Assembly (NCBI GenBank): GCA_965217585.1
Contig: OZ244561.1
Coordinates: 5,504,001 to 5,568,000, forward strand
Origin: Candidatus Latescibacterota bacterium
Lineage (GTDB): Bacteria; Latescibacterota; UBA2968; UBA8231
DNA length: 64,000 nt
Direction of reading: 5' to 3'
Part shown: positions 1 through 9,505 of the stretch, piece after piece
Layout: each line of letters begins with the position of its first letter
Position numbering within the stretch: the first letter of the stretch is position 1
Made by a program: the position numbers and the translations under genes
Notes under the pieces: generated by a model
What the model was told of the DNA's origin: nothing
The model's database searches: none
What the model saw: only the letters and a program-made list of their open reading frames with translations

Positions 1-251
1 GCCGGCCCCCCAATCCCCAAGATGTGCTCATCGGCCGTCTGAAAGGCATAGCCAGCCAATTGCTTGATGTGCTCCACCAGCCGATCCATCGTCGGCCCCA
101 AGTGGTTGATGACCATGCCGCCAGCCCGCGCGACCTCCGCCGCCACCGGCACCGGCCCAGCCCCCATCAGCAGCAGTGGCTCGGCCGGCAGAAGCTGGTC
201 CAGCGATGGCAGCACGGGGGCCTCTATCCCATGCCACTCTACATTCCCCAT
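1..251 (-). CDS. Alanine-glyoxylate/serine-pyruvate aminotransferase family (class V PLP), N-terminal part, runs off window
   Basis: Manual translation of a frame absent from the ORF track: MGNVEWHGIEAPVLPSLDQLLPAEPLLLMGAGPVPVAAEVARAGGMVINHLGPTM...YAFQT; LLMGAGP motif typical of this family; starts just downstream of the lpdA stop. Confidence 0.75.
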   Translation of the reverse strand, partial: MGNVEWHGIEAPVLPSLDQLLPAEPLLLMGAGPVPVAAEVARAGGMVINHLGPTMDRLVEHIKQLAGYAFQTADEHILGIGGP

Positions 252-260
252 TCCCCATTC

Positions 261-1655
261 CTAATAGTTAATCGCCTCGCCAAAGGCCTGCCCGGCCGCT
301 TCCATCACAGCCTCGGACAGCGTCGGATGGGCGTGCATTGTAGCCAAAAGCTCTTCATACGTGGCTTCGAGCCGGAGCGCCAGCGTCAATTCGGCGATCA
401 ATTCCGTGGCCTCGGCCCCCAGAATGGCCCCGCCCAACAACTCGCCGTAGCGCGCGTCAAAAACCAGTTTGACCAGCCCCTCGGTTTCCCCGGCCGCTTG
501 TCCCTTGCCGCTGGCTGCAAACGGAAAGCGCCCGACCTTGACGTCGTACCCGGCTTCGCGTGCTTGGCTTTCGCTCAGGCCGACGCTGGCTACTTGCGGC
601 TGGCAATAGATGCAGTTGGGCACTTGGCGTGGGTCCAAGGTGGGCCGGTCGCGGCCAGCTATAAACTCGACGGCCGCGATCCCTTCCTGCGTGGCCGCGT
701 GCGCCAACAGCGGCGGGCCGGCCACGTCGCCAATCGCGTAGATGCCCTTGGCACTGGTCTGCATCCGCTCGTCAACCACAATCGCGCCGTCGCGGGTGCG
801 AATGCCCAGCACTTCCAGCCCCAGCCCCTCGATATTGCCCTGGACCCCAGTGGCGACCAGCACATGATCTACTCTCCGCGTCTGCTCCTCCTCGCCGACC
901 CGATAGCGCAACGCAACCCCGCGCTTTTGCCTTTTGACTTCCTCGACCCGGGCTCCGGTCACCACTTCGATTCCCTGCTGTGCCAAGCTCTCGGCCAGCC
1001 CTGCGGCGATTTCCTCGTCTTCGCGCGGCAAGACCTGGGGCAGGGCTTCCAAGAGCAGCACCTTGCTGCCAAAGGCGCGATAGAAATAGGCGAATTCTAC
1101 GCCGATAGCCCCGGCCCCGATGATGGCGAGGGAGGCGGGCTGCTTGGCGACGATCATGGCCTCGCGGCTGGCGATGATCCGCTCGCCATCGAATTCGACG
1201 CCCGGAATGGATTTGGGGCGACCGCCAGTGGCCAGCACCACATGCGCGGCCTCCAACTCGGCCACGACCTCGCCCTCGGCGTCCTCAACCGCAACTTGGC
1301 GGCTGGGCGTCAACCGACCCCTTCCAGCGAATACCTCGACTTGGTTCTTCTGCATCAGATAGGCCACGCCTTTGGACAACTGCTCAGCGACTTGGCGGCT
1401 CCGGCCAATGACCGCATCCCAATCCACCTCGGGCTTATCAGCGCGCAAGCCGAATTCCTCGGCGCGCAAGAAAAGCTGGTACACTTCGGCTTGCTTGAGC
1501 AGGGCCTTGGTGGGAATGCAGCCCCAATTGAGACAGGTGCCGCCCAACTCGGCGTCCTCAATCAGCGCGGCTTTTAACCCCAACTGCCGCGCGCGAATGG
1601 CCGCTGAATACCCGCCTGGGCCGCCGCCAATAACTACCACATCATACGCTGCCAT
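261..1655 (-). CDS. lpdA: Dihydrolipoyl dehydrogenase
   Basis: GGGPGG FAD motif, GGTCLNWGCIP redox disulfide, GAGAIG NAD motif, C-terminal HAHPTLSE. Confidence 0.97.
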   Translation of the reverse strand: MAAYDVVVIGGGPGGYSAAIRARQLGLKAALIEDAELGGTCLNWGCIPTKALLKQAEVYQLFLRAEEFGLRADKPEVDWDAVIGRSRQVAEQLSKGVAYLMQKNQVEVFAGRGRLTPSRQVAVEDAEGEVVAELEAAHVVLATGGRPKSIPGVEFDGERIIASREAMIVAKQPASLAIIGAGAIGVEFAYFYRAFGSKVLLLEALPQVLPREDEEIAAGLAESLAQQGIEVVTGARVEEVKRQKRGVALRYRVGEEEQTRRVDHVLVATGVQGNIEGLGLEVLGIRTRDGAIVVDERMQTSAKGIYAIGDVAGPPLLAHAATQEGIAAVEFIAGRDRPTLDPRQVPNCIYCQPQVASVGLSESQAREAGYDVKVGRFPFAASGKGQAAGETEGLVKLVFDARYGELLGGAILGAEATELIAELTLALRLEATYEELLATMHAHPTLSEAVMEAAGQAFGEAINY

Positions 1656-1857
1656 ATTGCATTTTCTTTCTAAGGTTCAGATAAAGGAAGCCTCTAATCT
1701 AAAGGCAATCACCTTGGACACAAATAGGACTGACACCTACGGCGGCAGAGAACCATGAATACCCGCCTCAATTGCCCCCGCCCGCGCCGCCGTGTTTTAT
1801 TATAGCAATCCTGCATGATTGAACGATTCGAGATGCGGATCGTCTTGTTGCTACTAT

Positions 1858-1884
1858 TCTGCGTCCATCTGCGTCCATCTGCGG
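1858..1884. repeat. Short 10-bp tandem intergenic repeat (TCTGCGTCCA x2 + TCTGCGG)
   Basis: tctgcgtccatctgcgtccatctgcgg read directly in the lpdA-rnhA intergenic region. Confidence 0.6.
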
Positions 1885-1930
1885 ATCATCTTGTGAATCC
1901 AGCGGCGCACCCTAAATAAAGGCAATCCCA

Positions 1931-2407
1931 GTGATACAACAGCAAACCAACCTCTCGCAAACACTGACCATTTTCACCGACGGTGCCTGTTCGTGCAACC
2001 CAGGGCCGGGCGGCTGGGCGGCACGGCTGCTCTACGGCGCTGGCCGCATCGTGGAACTGGGCGGCTTTGCCCCGAAGACGACCAACAACCGCATGGAGCT
2101 GCAAGCGGCCATCGAGGGTCTCCGCGCCGCCCCGTCCGGCGTCGCTATCACGCTCGTTACGGACAGTGAGTACCTACGCAGGGGCATTACCGAGTGGATT
2201 CACGGCTGGAAGAAGCGGGACTGGCACACATCCACCAAAAAGCCCGTACGCAACCAAGACCTGTGGCGCACCCTAGACGAGCTCAACACGCACGCCGTCC
2301 AGTGGCGACACACCCAAGGCCACGCTGGCGACCCAGACAACGAACGCTGCGACCAGATCGCCCAAGCATTTTCGCGCGGGGAGACGCCCTCCCTGCACAA
2401 CGCTTGA
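1931..2407 (+). CDS. rnhA: Ribonuclease HI
   Basis: FTDGACSCNPGPGGW, TTNNRMEL, TDSEY, N.DLW, GHAG...NERCD motifs. Confidence 0.97.
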   Translation: MIQQQTNLSQTLTIFTDGACSCNPGPGGWAARLLYGAGRIVELGGFAPKTTNNRMELQAAIEGLRAAPSGVAITLVTDSEYLRRGITEWIHGWKKRDWHTSTKKPVRNQDLWRTLDELNTHAVQWRHTQGHAGDPDNERCDQIAQAFSRGETPSLHNA

Positions 2408-2437
2408 TCCGACCTCCACCACCGGAAAGGATTGACC

Positions 2438-3199
2438 ATGCTCTACAGTCTGCTTTTCGCCCTCGTCCTCGCTGGCCCCGCCAGCACCCAAGAGTCCACC
2501 CGCGTCCAAACCCCGCTACCCACCTACCAAGTCCTCCGCACTGACCAAGGGATCCAAGTCGATGGCCGCCTAGACGAGGCCGACTGGCAGCGCGCCGCGC
2601 CCATGGCCTTTGTAATGCCTTGGAGCGACCTCGAAAAAGAGGAGCCGCAATCCACGACCGCCCGCTTGCTCTGGGACGACGACAATCTCTACATCATCTA
2701 CGAGTGCGTCGATCCGTATCTACATTCAGAAGTAACCGAGCACGATGGAGCAGTGTACCAAGAGGACGCCGTCGAGATTTTCGCCACCCCCAACATGGAC
2801 GTCCCCGGCAACTACTATGGCTATGAGATGAACATCAACGGCACGCTGCTTGACTACATCGCCTTCCGCGGCGGCAAGGAGCGCACCAAGGCCATTCATC
2901 CGTCCTGGCAGAGCGAAGGCGTGGTCATTGCCACGACCTACGACGGCACCCTCAACGACCACTCGGACACCGACCAAAGCTGGATCCTCGAAATCTCCAT
3001 CCCCCACGACAACTTCCGCCACTTGGGTGGCCAAATCCCGCCCCAAGACGGCGACCAATGGCGCGCTGGACTCAACCGCACCAAGGGCTACCAAGGCCAA
3101 TTTGGGCTGTGGTCCGATACCGGCACGCCCCAAGCCGACTTCCACCGCGCCACCCGGTTCGGCATCCTCACCTTCTCTGACGCCGTCGTCGGCCGCTGA
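2438..3199 (+). CDS. Secreted carbohydrate-binding family 9-like (CBM9/DOMON-like) protein
   Basis: Signal peptide; IQVDGRLDEADW, LLWDDDNLY, DAVEIF, YGYEMN, WILEISIP, FH...FGILTF motifs. Confidence 0.85.
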   Translation: MLYSLLFALVLAGPASTQESTRVQTPLPTYQVLRTDQGIQVDGRLDEADWQRAAPMAFVMPWSDLEKEEPQSTTARLLWDDDNLYIIYECVDPYLHSEVTEHDGAVYQEDAVEIFATPNMDVPGNYYGYEMNINGTLLDYIAFRGGKERTKAIHPSWQSEGVVIATTYDGTLNDHSDTDQSWILEISIPHDNFRHLGGQIPPQDGDQWRAGLNRTKGYQGQFGLWSDTGTPQADFHRATRFGILTFSDAVVGR

Positions 3200-3248
3200 A
3201 GTGCTGCGGCGGCTGGGTAGGGCGAGGAGCTAAGAAAGCCGCTTTTTC

Positions 3249-5426
3249 ATGGTTGCGCGGCACATGCGACGGATGATCTCAAGCCTGAAGACTTGGGCCG
3301 TGAGGCTTAAAGGCTGGCGCGGTAAAAGGCAACGGCTGTGGCTGCGCCTGCTGGGCTATTACCTCGCCTTGGGGCTAGTGCCCGTGTTGCTGGTCGATCT
3401 CGTCGTGTTGAACGCGGCCCGCGATGCCATAGAAGAGGCCGTGCTGGACAGCCGCCGCGAAATGGCGCACCGCACAGCCGCGGAAATCGCCCGCATCTTT
3501 GCCGCTGTCGCCTCCGACTTGCAACTCCTCACACGAACTGTGGGAACCGAGCCGCAGGATGTGCGTGCTTTGCTCAAAAAAGCTGCCCTCGTATCTAGCG
3601 AGGTGGAGGTGCTCTACCTAGTGGACGCCCCCAACCAAATACAGGCCGCGAGCGCGTCGGTTGCGCTACCCGCTGCCTACGACTGGGACGCAACATGGGC
3701 GAAGGTGGCAGCCGATGGCCTATACGTTGCCCTGATCGAAGAATTCAAGGAAACGCCCAAGCTCTTTGTCGCGCTGCCAGTGGAACGGGATGGCCAGCCA
3801 CCTCAACAAGCCCTAATAGCTCGCCTCGACTTTCACCGAGTCTGGCAAAAGATAAATCTCGTCCGCATCGGCAAAACCGGCTACGCGACCTTGCTCCACG
3901 CCGACGATGGGCACTATCTGGCGCGGCCCATACGTCATTCCTTCTACACGTGGGTCCACCACCCGCACATAGAGGCCATGCGCGGGCCAGCGGGAACCCT
4001 CTTGTGGCGCGATGTGGGAGGCATGAAGTGGGTCACGGGTTTTGCTCCCGTGCGCGATGTGGGAGGCACCGTCACGGGCTTTGTTCCCGTGCGCGATTGG
4101 GACTGGATCGTCGCCATTGAACAGCGCGAAGACGAGGCGTATGCCCCGTACACAGTCGTGCTGTACTCCATCTATGCGATCATCGCGCTTTTTGCACTAG
4201 GGGCACTGATTTTGGGCGGGCTGACGCGCAGCTCGGTCGTCGCGCCTCTCGTCTCGCTTACGTATGCCGTGCGTCGCCGCCGGGACGGTTATCCCCTCAT
4301 AGGAACGCCCGTGACGCGCCGAGACGAGATCGGAGAACTAGCCGACGCTTTTGTCGAGATGGACCAAACGCTGGCCGAGCGCCAGCGGGACTTGGAAAGC
4401 ACCTTGAACTTGCAGCGCCATCTGATCGAGGACAATCCCCTCGCCATTGCCGTGCTCGACGCCGAGTACCGCATCGTACAGAGCAACAAAGCGTGGGCTA
4501 GCTTGCTGCTACCGGAACAGGCCGCCGAATTGAGCGCGACCCACGCCGGTGCCCAAACACACGCTTGGCTAGAGGCCCACCCGCATCTGCAAGTAGTGGA
4601 CAGCCTCGCAATCGAGGACGCCGAAGGCGTTATGCGCTATTGGAATCTGCGCAAGGCCGAACTGAGCGAGGGCCATCGCGGCAAGGTCTTGCTAGTCGTC
4701 GAGGACCGGACTCAGCAGCACCTACTCGAACTGCACTACATGCAGGCCGAAAAGCTATCGGCGCTCGGCGAGGTGGCCGCTGGCGTAGCGCACGAAATCA
4801 AAAACCCCCTCGCCATTGTGCAGAACACTTGCGACCTGCTGCCTCGATTGGGACCCGAAGAAGAAAAGGAGCGCGACGAGACTTTGCGCATGATGCGCGA
4901 GGCCATCCGCCGCATAGACGAGCGCGTCGGCAGCCTGCTCGACTTCGCCCGACCGGCCCAGCACCTAGTAGAGCAGCTAGACGCGGCCGAGGTGCTGGAG
5001 CAGTTGCTCGACTTGGAGACCAAACACGCCGAGCACTTAGGCATCTCGATTGAGCGACAGTTTGAGCCGGTGCCAGCCGTGCGCATAAACCGCGACATGC
5101 TCAAGGACATCTACCTCAACATCATCCGCAACGCCTTCCAAGCCATGCCCCAAGGCGGCCGCTTGCAGGTAAGCGCCCGCCCCGAGCAGGAGGGCGTCGC
5201 CATAAAAATCTGCGACACCGGTGCCGGCATTGATCCAACCCAGATCTCCCGCATATTTGAGCCGTTCTTTTCTACCAAAGCTCCGGGGGAGGGCACGGGC
5301 TTGGGGCTGGCCATCGCCCAGCGCCAGTTGCGGGAAATCGGCGGTCACATAGAGGTTACAAGCCGTGTCGGCAAAGGCACCTGCTTCGCGCTCTTACTGC
5401 CTTACAATAAAAAAGAAAAGGCATAG
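3249..5426 (+). CDS. Membrane sensor histidine kinase (Cache-HAMP-PAS-HisKA-HATPase, NtrB-like)
   Basis: Two TM segments, HAMP (RRDEIGELADAF), H-box AHEIKNPL, N/G1/F/G2 boxes; exact start uncertain. Confidence 0.93.
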   Translation: MVARHMRRMISSLKTWAVRLKGWRGKRQRLWLRLLGYYLALGLVPVLLVDLVVLNAARDAIEEAVLDSRREMAHRTAAEIARIFAAVASDLQLLTRTVGTEPQDVRALLKKAALVSSEVEVLYLVDAPNQIQAASASVALPAAYDWDATWAKVAADGLYVALIEEFKETPKLFVALPVERDGQPPQQALIARLDFHRVWQKINLVRIGKTGYATLLHADDGHYLARPIRHSFYTWVHHPHIEAMRGPAGTLLWRDVGGMKWVTGFAPVRDVGGTVTGFVPVRDWDWIVAIEQREDEAYAPYTVVLYSIYAIIALFALGALILGGLTRSSVVAPLVSLTYAVRRRRDGYPLIGTPVTRRDEIGELADAFVEMDQTLAERQRDLESTLNLQRHLIEDNPLAIAVLDAEYRIVQSNKAWASLLLPEQAAELSATHAGAQTHAWLEAHPHLQVVDSLAIEDAEGVMRYWNLRKAELSEGHRGKVLLVVEDRTQQHLLELHYMQAEKLSALGEVAAGVAHEIKNPLAIVQNTCDLLPRLGPEEEKERDETLRMMREAIRRIDERVGSLLDFARPAQHLVEQLDAAEVLEQLLDLETKHAEHLGISIERQFEPVPAVRINRDMLKDIYLNIIRNAFQAMPQGGRLQVSARPEQEGVAIKICDTGAGIDPTQISRIFEPFFSTKAPGEGTGLGLAIAQRQLREIGGHIEVTSRVGKGTCFALLLPYNKKEKA

Positions 5427-5428
5427 AC

Positions 5429-6835
5429 ATGGCCCGGCACGACGGCAAAATACTCATGATCGACGACGAGCAGGACCTGCTGAAGCTGTCGAGCAGCATC
5501 TTGCGGCGCGAAGGCTTTGCTGTGGAAACCCGCTCGGACGCGCGCGAGGCCCTCGCACTCCTGCGAGAAGAATCCTTCGACATCATCCTGCTCGACTTGC
5601 ACATGCCCGAGATGAGCGGCCTCGAATTTCTGCGGCAGCTCAATGTGCGCGAGCGGCCCGAAGAAGTGCTCATCTTAACGGCGTACGCGGATCTCCAAAG
5701 CGCGGTAGAGACCGTCAAGCTGGGCGCGTATGGGTATCTCGCCAAGCCCTTTAACGCCGAAGAAATCCTCAGCCACATCAGCAATATCCGCGAGCTGCAA
5801 AAGCTCCGGGCCGAGAACGAGCGTCTGCGCCAAGCACAGGGCGCGGGGTTGGGCATGGTCGGCGAGACTGAGCAGATGCGGCAAATCTATCGGCTGGTTC
5901 AAGACGTGGCCTCCACCCCCCTGCCGGTGCTAATCTGCGGCGAAAGCGGCACCGGCAAGGAGCTAGTAGCCGCGGCCATCCACCACGCCAGCGACCGCGC
6001 CGCCGGCCCCTTTGTGCGTTGCAACTGCGCGGCCTTGAACCCGGGCGTACTAGAGAGCGAATTGTTCGGGCACGTAAAAGGCTCTTTCACCGGAGCAGTA
6101 CGCGACCGCAAAGGGCGTTTTATGGAGGCCGATGGCGGTACCTTGTTCCTCGACGAAATCGGCGACATGGAGGTAGGGCTGCAAACCCGGCTTTTGCGCG
6201 TGTTGCAGGAAGGGGAGTTCGAGATGGTGGGATCGACCGAGACTCACAAGGTCGATGTGCGCGTCCTTTCCGCGACCCACCGCAATTTGACGCAGGCCGT
6301 AGCCGAGGGCCAGTTCCGCGAGGATTTGTTCTACCGACTCAACGCGGTCACCATCGAGGTGCCACCGCTGCGCCAGCGCAAGGGCGACATCCCTTTGTTT
6401 TGCCACTTTTTTATCGATCGCCTAAACGACCGCTTCGACAAACAGATACAAGGGGTCAGCAAGGAGGCCCTAGAGTATCTCGAAGCCTACAACTGGCCGG
6501 GCAATGTGCGCGAAATGGAGAACGCGATCATGCGCGCCATAGCCCTCGCCAAGGGACGAGAAATCGAGGTGGAGGATCTGCCGACGACTATCGTAGAGAA
6601 CGCTCCCCTGCGGGATGAGCCAGCAGCGGCAGAAGAGGAAGCGGTGGAGCAGCCCGACTCGCTCTTCCACGCGGCGCGCCAGCACTTTGAGGAGCAGTTT
6701 ATCCGAGACGCCCTAGAGAAAACGGGCGGCAACATCAGCCAAGCCGCTCAGCAGATCCAGTTGGGGCGACGCAACTTACAGCGCAAGATCAAGCAGTTCG
6801 ACATAGACGTGAGCCAATACAGCCGCCGGCCCTGA
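5429..6835 (+). CDS. Sigma-54-dependent response regulator (NtrC/AtoC family)
   Basis: Receiver domain, GESGTGKE, GSFTGA (GAFTGA variant), FLDEIGD, WPGNVRE, Fis-type HTH. Confidence 0.96.
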   Translation: MARHDGKILMIDDEQDLLKLSSSILRREGFAVETRSDAREALALLREESFDIILLDLHMPEMSGLEFLRQLNVRERPEEVLILTAYADLQSAVETVKLGAYGYLAKPFNAEEILSHISNIRELQKLRAENERLRQAQGAGLGMVGETEQMRQIYRLVQDVASTPLPVLICGESGTGKELVAAAIHHASDRAAGPFVRCNCAALNPGVLESELFGHVKGSFTGAVRDRKGRFMEADGGTLFLDEIGDMEVGLQTRLLRVLQEGEFEMVGSTETHKVDVRVLSATHRNLTQAVAEGQFREDLFYRLNAVTIEVPPLRQRKGDIPLFCHFFIDRLNDRFDKQIQGVSKEALEYLEAYNWPGNVREMENAIMRAIALAKGREIEVEDLPTTIVENAPLRDEPAAAEEEAVEQPDSLFHAARQHFEEQFIRDALEKTGGNISQAAQQIQLGRRNLQRKIKQFDIDVSQYSRRP

Positions 6836-6851
6836 ATCATTCCCACTCCTT

Positions 6852-6879
6852 CGTCATTCTCGCGCAAGCGGGAATGACG
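6852..6879. repeat. REP-like hairpin / probable terminator after the response regulator
   Basis: cgtcattctcgc-gcaa-gcgggaatgacg inverted repeat (ATTCYC-N8-GGGAAT type), followed by a half copy gcgcgggaatgacggattg. Confidence 0.65.
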
Positions 6880-6987
6880 GATTGCGCGGGAATGACGGAT
6901 TGATTCTCCATTTCCCCGTCAGTAACTAACGCAAGTTTTAAGAACGCTTCTTAGAAGTCTCCCCCGTTCCGCATCACCAACCCCTAC

Positions 6988-7024
6988 TGTCCGCTAGCGA
7001 ACACCTGCTGTCCGCTGACGCACA
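6988..7024 (+). promoter_or_regulatory. Tandem enhancer (UAS) sites TGT-N10-ACA for a sigma-54 activator
   Basis: tgtccgctagcgaaca (6988-7003) and tgtccgctgacgcaca (7009-7024), 21 bp apart, about 145 bp upstream of the -24 box; conserved at 17537-17573. Confidence 0.7.
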
Positions 7025-7168
7025 GTGATTAGATCGTCCAAATGGCCGATAAAAAGAATTTGAGAGACAAATAAAAAATAGGCTTACTTTCATAACGTAT
7101 TATTTAACAGCTATTTAGGAGTCAATAGTAAAAGAATCGGCGCAATTGGCGACCCCTAGCCCCCTCCT

Positions 7169-7185
7169 TTGGCACGATAGTTGCG
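7169..7185 (+). promoter_or_regulatory. Sigma-54 -24/-12 promoter
   Basis: TTGGCACGATAGTTGCG matches TGGCACG-N4-TTGC; about 50 bp upstream of the 7235 ATG. Confidence 0.9.
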
Positions 7186-7234
7186 ATAGTGCTTACCGAA
7201 GCAACAACCCGCACTCTTCCACAAGGAGGGCATC

Positions 7235-8047
7235 ATGCAACGCTTAGCCATTCGCATCCTATCTCTCGCGCTGATCGCCGTCTCCAGCACAGCGGCCGTC
7301 GAGACCAATTACCCGCAAGGGGGCTTTGATCCCCGTCTCGACAAGCTCCAGGACTTGCTTGCCCATATCCGCACCGTGGAGAAGATCAAGGTCAAAGCCG
7401 GTCCCAAGTTGTGGCAGGCCATTGCGACCATCCCCGTCGCGACGGGCCCCATCGCAACGGGCGTCCCCATCACCCCCGAGCAAGAAGCCGACCTGCGCGG
7501 CTGGCTCTACGACTTTCTCGTCGCCTTTTCGGTCTCTGGCAATGACAGCCTCGCCGCTCAGTTTTACCTGCGCGAGGGCGTCAACAACCCCACGGCCTTA
7601 AAACACATGAAAGAGACCCTCGAGAACTGGGACATCCCCAAAGGCGACACGCCCTTTGCTCTCTTCCAAGCTATGCACCGAGCCATACTCGACCACCAAG
7701 GCTATGAATACTGTTTTGGCAATGCCTTCTTTCGCCACAGCACGTTCAAGGTGTTCGAGATGCAGGGCCACTACGAGCGCTATCAGGCTTACCCGAGGGA
7801 CGTTGTCAAGGCCAGGTTCAAATTGCAGCAAGAGGTTGAATCGGCGCTGCGGGCTGGCGAGAAGCGGGTCTTCACCGACATCGCGTTCGTCACCGAAGAG
7901 CCTGCGGAGTTCGCCGGGTCGGAAGGGCCGATCTGCACGCCCTTCTTTTGTCGGCTGGTCTGGGATCCCGAGCGGACGATGTGGCGCTTTGTAGAGGTTT
8001 TCTACACCTCCAAACGGCCGAATCCTTTTCTATTCTCGGCCATATAA
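7235..8047 (+). CDS. Secreted hypothetical protein, paralogue 1 of an uncharacterised family (possible NTF2-like fold)
   Basis: RBS aaggagg; signal peptide; shared motifs ITPEQEADLRxWLYDFLVAFSVSGxDSLAAxFYLR and PFFxRLVWxP. Confidence 0.85.
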   Translation: MQRLAIRILSLALIAVSSTAAVETNYPQGGFDPRLDKLQDLLAHIRTVEKIKVKAGPKLWQAIATIPVATGPIATGVPITPEQEADLRGWLYDFLVAFSVSGNDSLAAQFYLREGVNNPTALKHMKETLENWDIPKGDTPFALFQAMHRAILDHQGYEYCFGNAFFRHSTFKVFEMQGHYERYQAYPRDVVKARFKLQQEVESALRAGEKRVFTDIAFVTEEPAEFAGSEGPICTPFFCRLVWDPERTMWRFVEVFYTSKRPNPFLFSAI

Positions 8048-8063
8048 GCACATTTTGACCCCC

Positions 8064-8091
8064 GTAGGGGCGACCGGCCGGTCGCCCCTAC
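8064..8091. repeat. Perfect 28-bp GTAG-type REP palindrome
   Basis: gtaggggcgaccgg|ccggtcgcccctac; identical copy at 18653-18680. Confidence 0.85.
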
Positions 8092-8196
8092 AACCATTCA
8101 CACGAATCGCCCCTACCAACCACGAATCGCCCCTACCAACCATCCACACGAATCGCACCCATCCATTCACACGAATCACCTCTACCATCCACACGA
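8092..8196. repeat. Degenerate tandem repeats of REP half-sites (cacgaatcgcccctaccaac...)
   Basis: 4-5 imperfect units of 20-27 bp between the REP and the paralogue 2 RBS. Confidence 0.7.
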
Positions 8197-8206
8197 GGAG
8201 GACACC

Positions 8207-9058
8207 ATGAGACCCGTAGCCATTTTCGCCCTAATCGCCGCTTGGTTCACCGTCGGCACGGCTGCTGCCGTCCCTAGAGGCTTTCCACCCGATACCGACG
8301 GACACCCGACGATCAAGATCGAGGCCGGCGACGAATTGCAACAGGCCGTCGAGGCCATCCCCGTCGAGGCGGACATTTCCATTACCCCCGATCAAGAAGC
8401 CGACCTGCGCGCTTGGCTCTACGATTTCTTAGTCGCCTTTTCCGTCTCGGGCAGCGACAGCCTCGCGGCCGAATTTTACCTGCGCGGAGGCGTCAACCCC
8501 GAAGGAATAGCGGATATAAAAAGGCAACTTGCAGCCATTAAACGGGGTGGCCCCTTAACCGCCCAGCAGCTACAGGCCATGGGGATACAGATGCCCGAGT
8601 TACCCGTTGGCGCGACGCCCTTTGACCTCTTCAAAGCCATGCACCGATTCGGCCTCAACCTAAAGAGGAACGAATCCCATCTAAACAGGCGCGATTACTT
8701 CTTCGGCAACGCCTCCTTTTTCGACAGCGCGTATAGAGTGTTCGAGCTGCAAGGCGACTATTATGAAAGCTATGGGGACTACGCCACGACCCACGGCCTG
8801 CTCCCCATGCGCTATACGGAGTGGTCGCCCGAGCTGAGAGGCGATATTGAGGAAGGGCTAAAGTTGGGCGGACAGTGGGTGGCGGCCGAGTTCATGTTCA
8901 TCGCCGAAGAACCCGAGGAGTTCGCCAGCTTTGCGGAGCCGGTGCGCCACCCATTTTTCGTGCGACTCGTCTGGATCCCAGGGCAAGATATATGGCGTCT
9001 TGTAGAAGCCTTCGCGCCTAATGACGCGCCGGTTCTGTTTCTATTTGATGCCACGTGA
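8207..9058 (+). CDS. Secreted hypothetical protein, paralogue 2
   Basis: RBS gaggagg; signal peptide; same family motifs as 7235..8047. Confidence 0.85.
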   Translation: MRPVAIFALIAAWFTVGTAAAVPRGFPPDTDGHPTIKIEAGDELQQAVEAIPVEADISITPDQEADLRAWLYDFLVAFSVSGSDSLAAEFYLRGGVNPEGIADIKRQLAAIKRGGPLTAQQLQAMGIQMPELPVGATPFDLFKAMHRFGLNLKRNESHLNRRDYFFGNASFFDSAYRVFELQGDYYESYGDYATTHGLLPMRYTEWSPELRGDIEEGLKLGGQWVAAEFMFIAEEPEEFASFAEPVRHPFFVRLVWIPGQDIWRLVEAFAPNDAPVLFLFDAT

Positions 9059-9080
9059 TCCAGCCCTTATAAGCAACACA

Positions 9081-9123
9081 GCAGAGGCGGGCAGTTCATA
9101 GATGGACTGCCCGCGCTTCTGTG
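9081..9123 (+). terminator. GC-rich hairpin after paralogue 2
   Basis: gcagaggcgggcagt...actgcccgcgcttctgtg; a homologous hairpin lies at 19030-19070. Confidence 0.6.
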
Positions 9124-9302
9124 ACCGCCCGCCCCGAAATCTCCCCTGCCTGTCAATCTTCACCATCCACTGAGTCGCATCCCAAACATGGCGCAGACAT
9201 TTCTATCTGCGCTTCCCCGCCCCCGGCTGCCTCGCTTAGATGCACAGGTACTTAGGTATGGGATGCTGAGCGGAGCGAAGCATCTCCTGACCAAGAAGCC
9301 CA

Positions 9303-9362
9303 TGCGATGTTTGGACGCACTAAAAGCGATGATTCGACGCACTTGTGCGATATATTGTCGCA
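9303..9362 (+). promoter_or_regulatory. Three phased 17-bp enhancer sites (WGCGA-N7-WCGCA)
   Basis: tgcgatgtttggacgca (9303), agcgatgattcgacgca (9325), tgcgatatattgtcgca (9346); spacing 22/21 bp, about 145 bp upstream of the -24 box. Confidence 0.7.
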
Positions 9363-9442
9363 CTTTTAGGATACTAAGGGAACTGTACGAAGGGCCAAAG
9401 AGACGGAGGAGAAATTTAGTCCACTTTTTATAAAGCATTATT

Positions 9443-9455
9443 TATCAATAATTTA
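9443..9455 (+). promoter_or_regulatory. IHF-binding site
   Basis: TATCAA-TAAT-TTA is an exact match to WATCAANNNNTTR, in an AT-rich tract between UAS and sigma-54 promoter. Confidence 0.65.
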
Positions 9456-9505
9456 AACCTATAAAATCGAAGGAGTCGGCGCGATTGGCGACCACCAGCC
9501 ACTCA

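Noticed and set aside
24-1577. 517-aa plus-strand ORF and many similar long overlapping ORFs (e.g. 13578..14798, 21144..22118, 22128..23108, 55583..56515)
   Set aside because: Antisense or alternate-frame shadows of clear genes in high-GC DNA, with no recognisable motifs
8092-8196. Possible CRISPR mini-array
   Set aside because: Units are adjacent and degenerate, with no unique 26-45 bp spacers and no cas genes; they match REP half-sites
9160-9438. Short ORFs 9160..9438 and 9188..9433
   Set aside because: They overlap the enhancer/IHF region of promoter 3; atypical composition and no RBS
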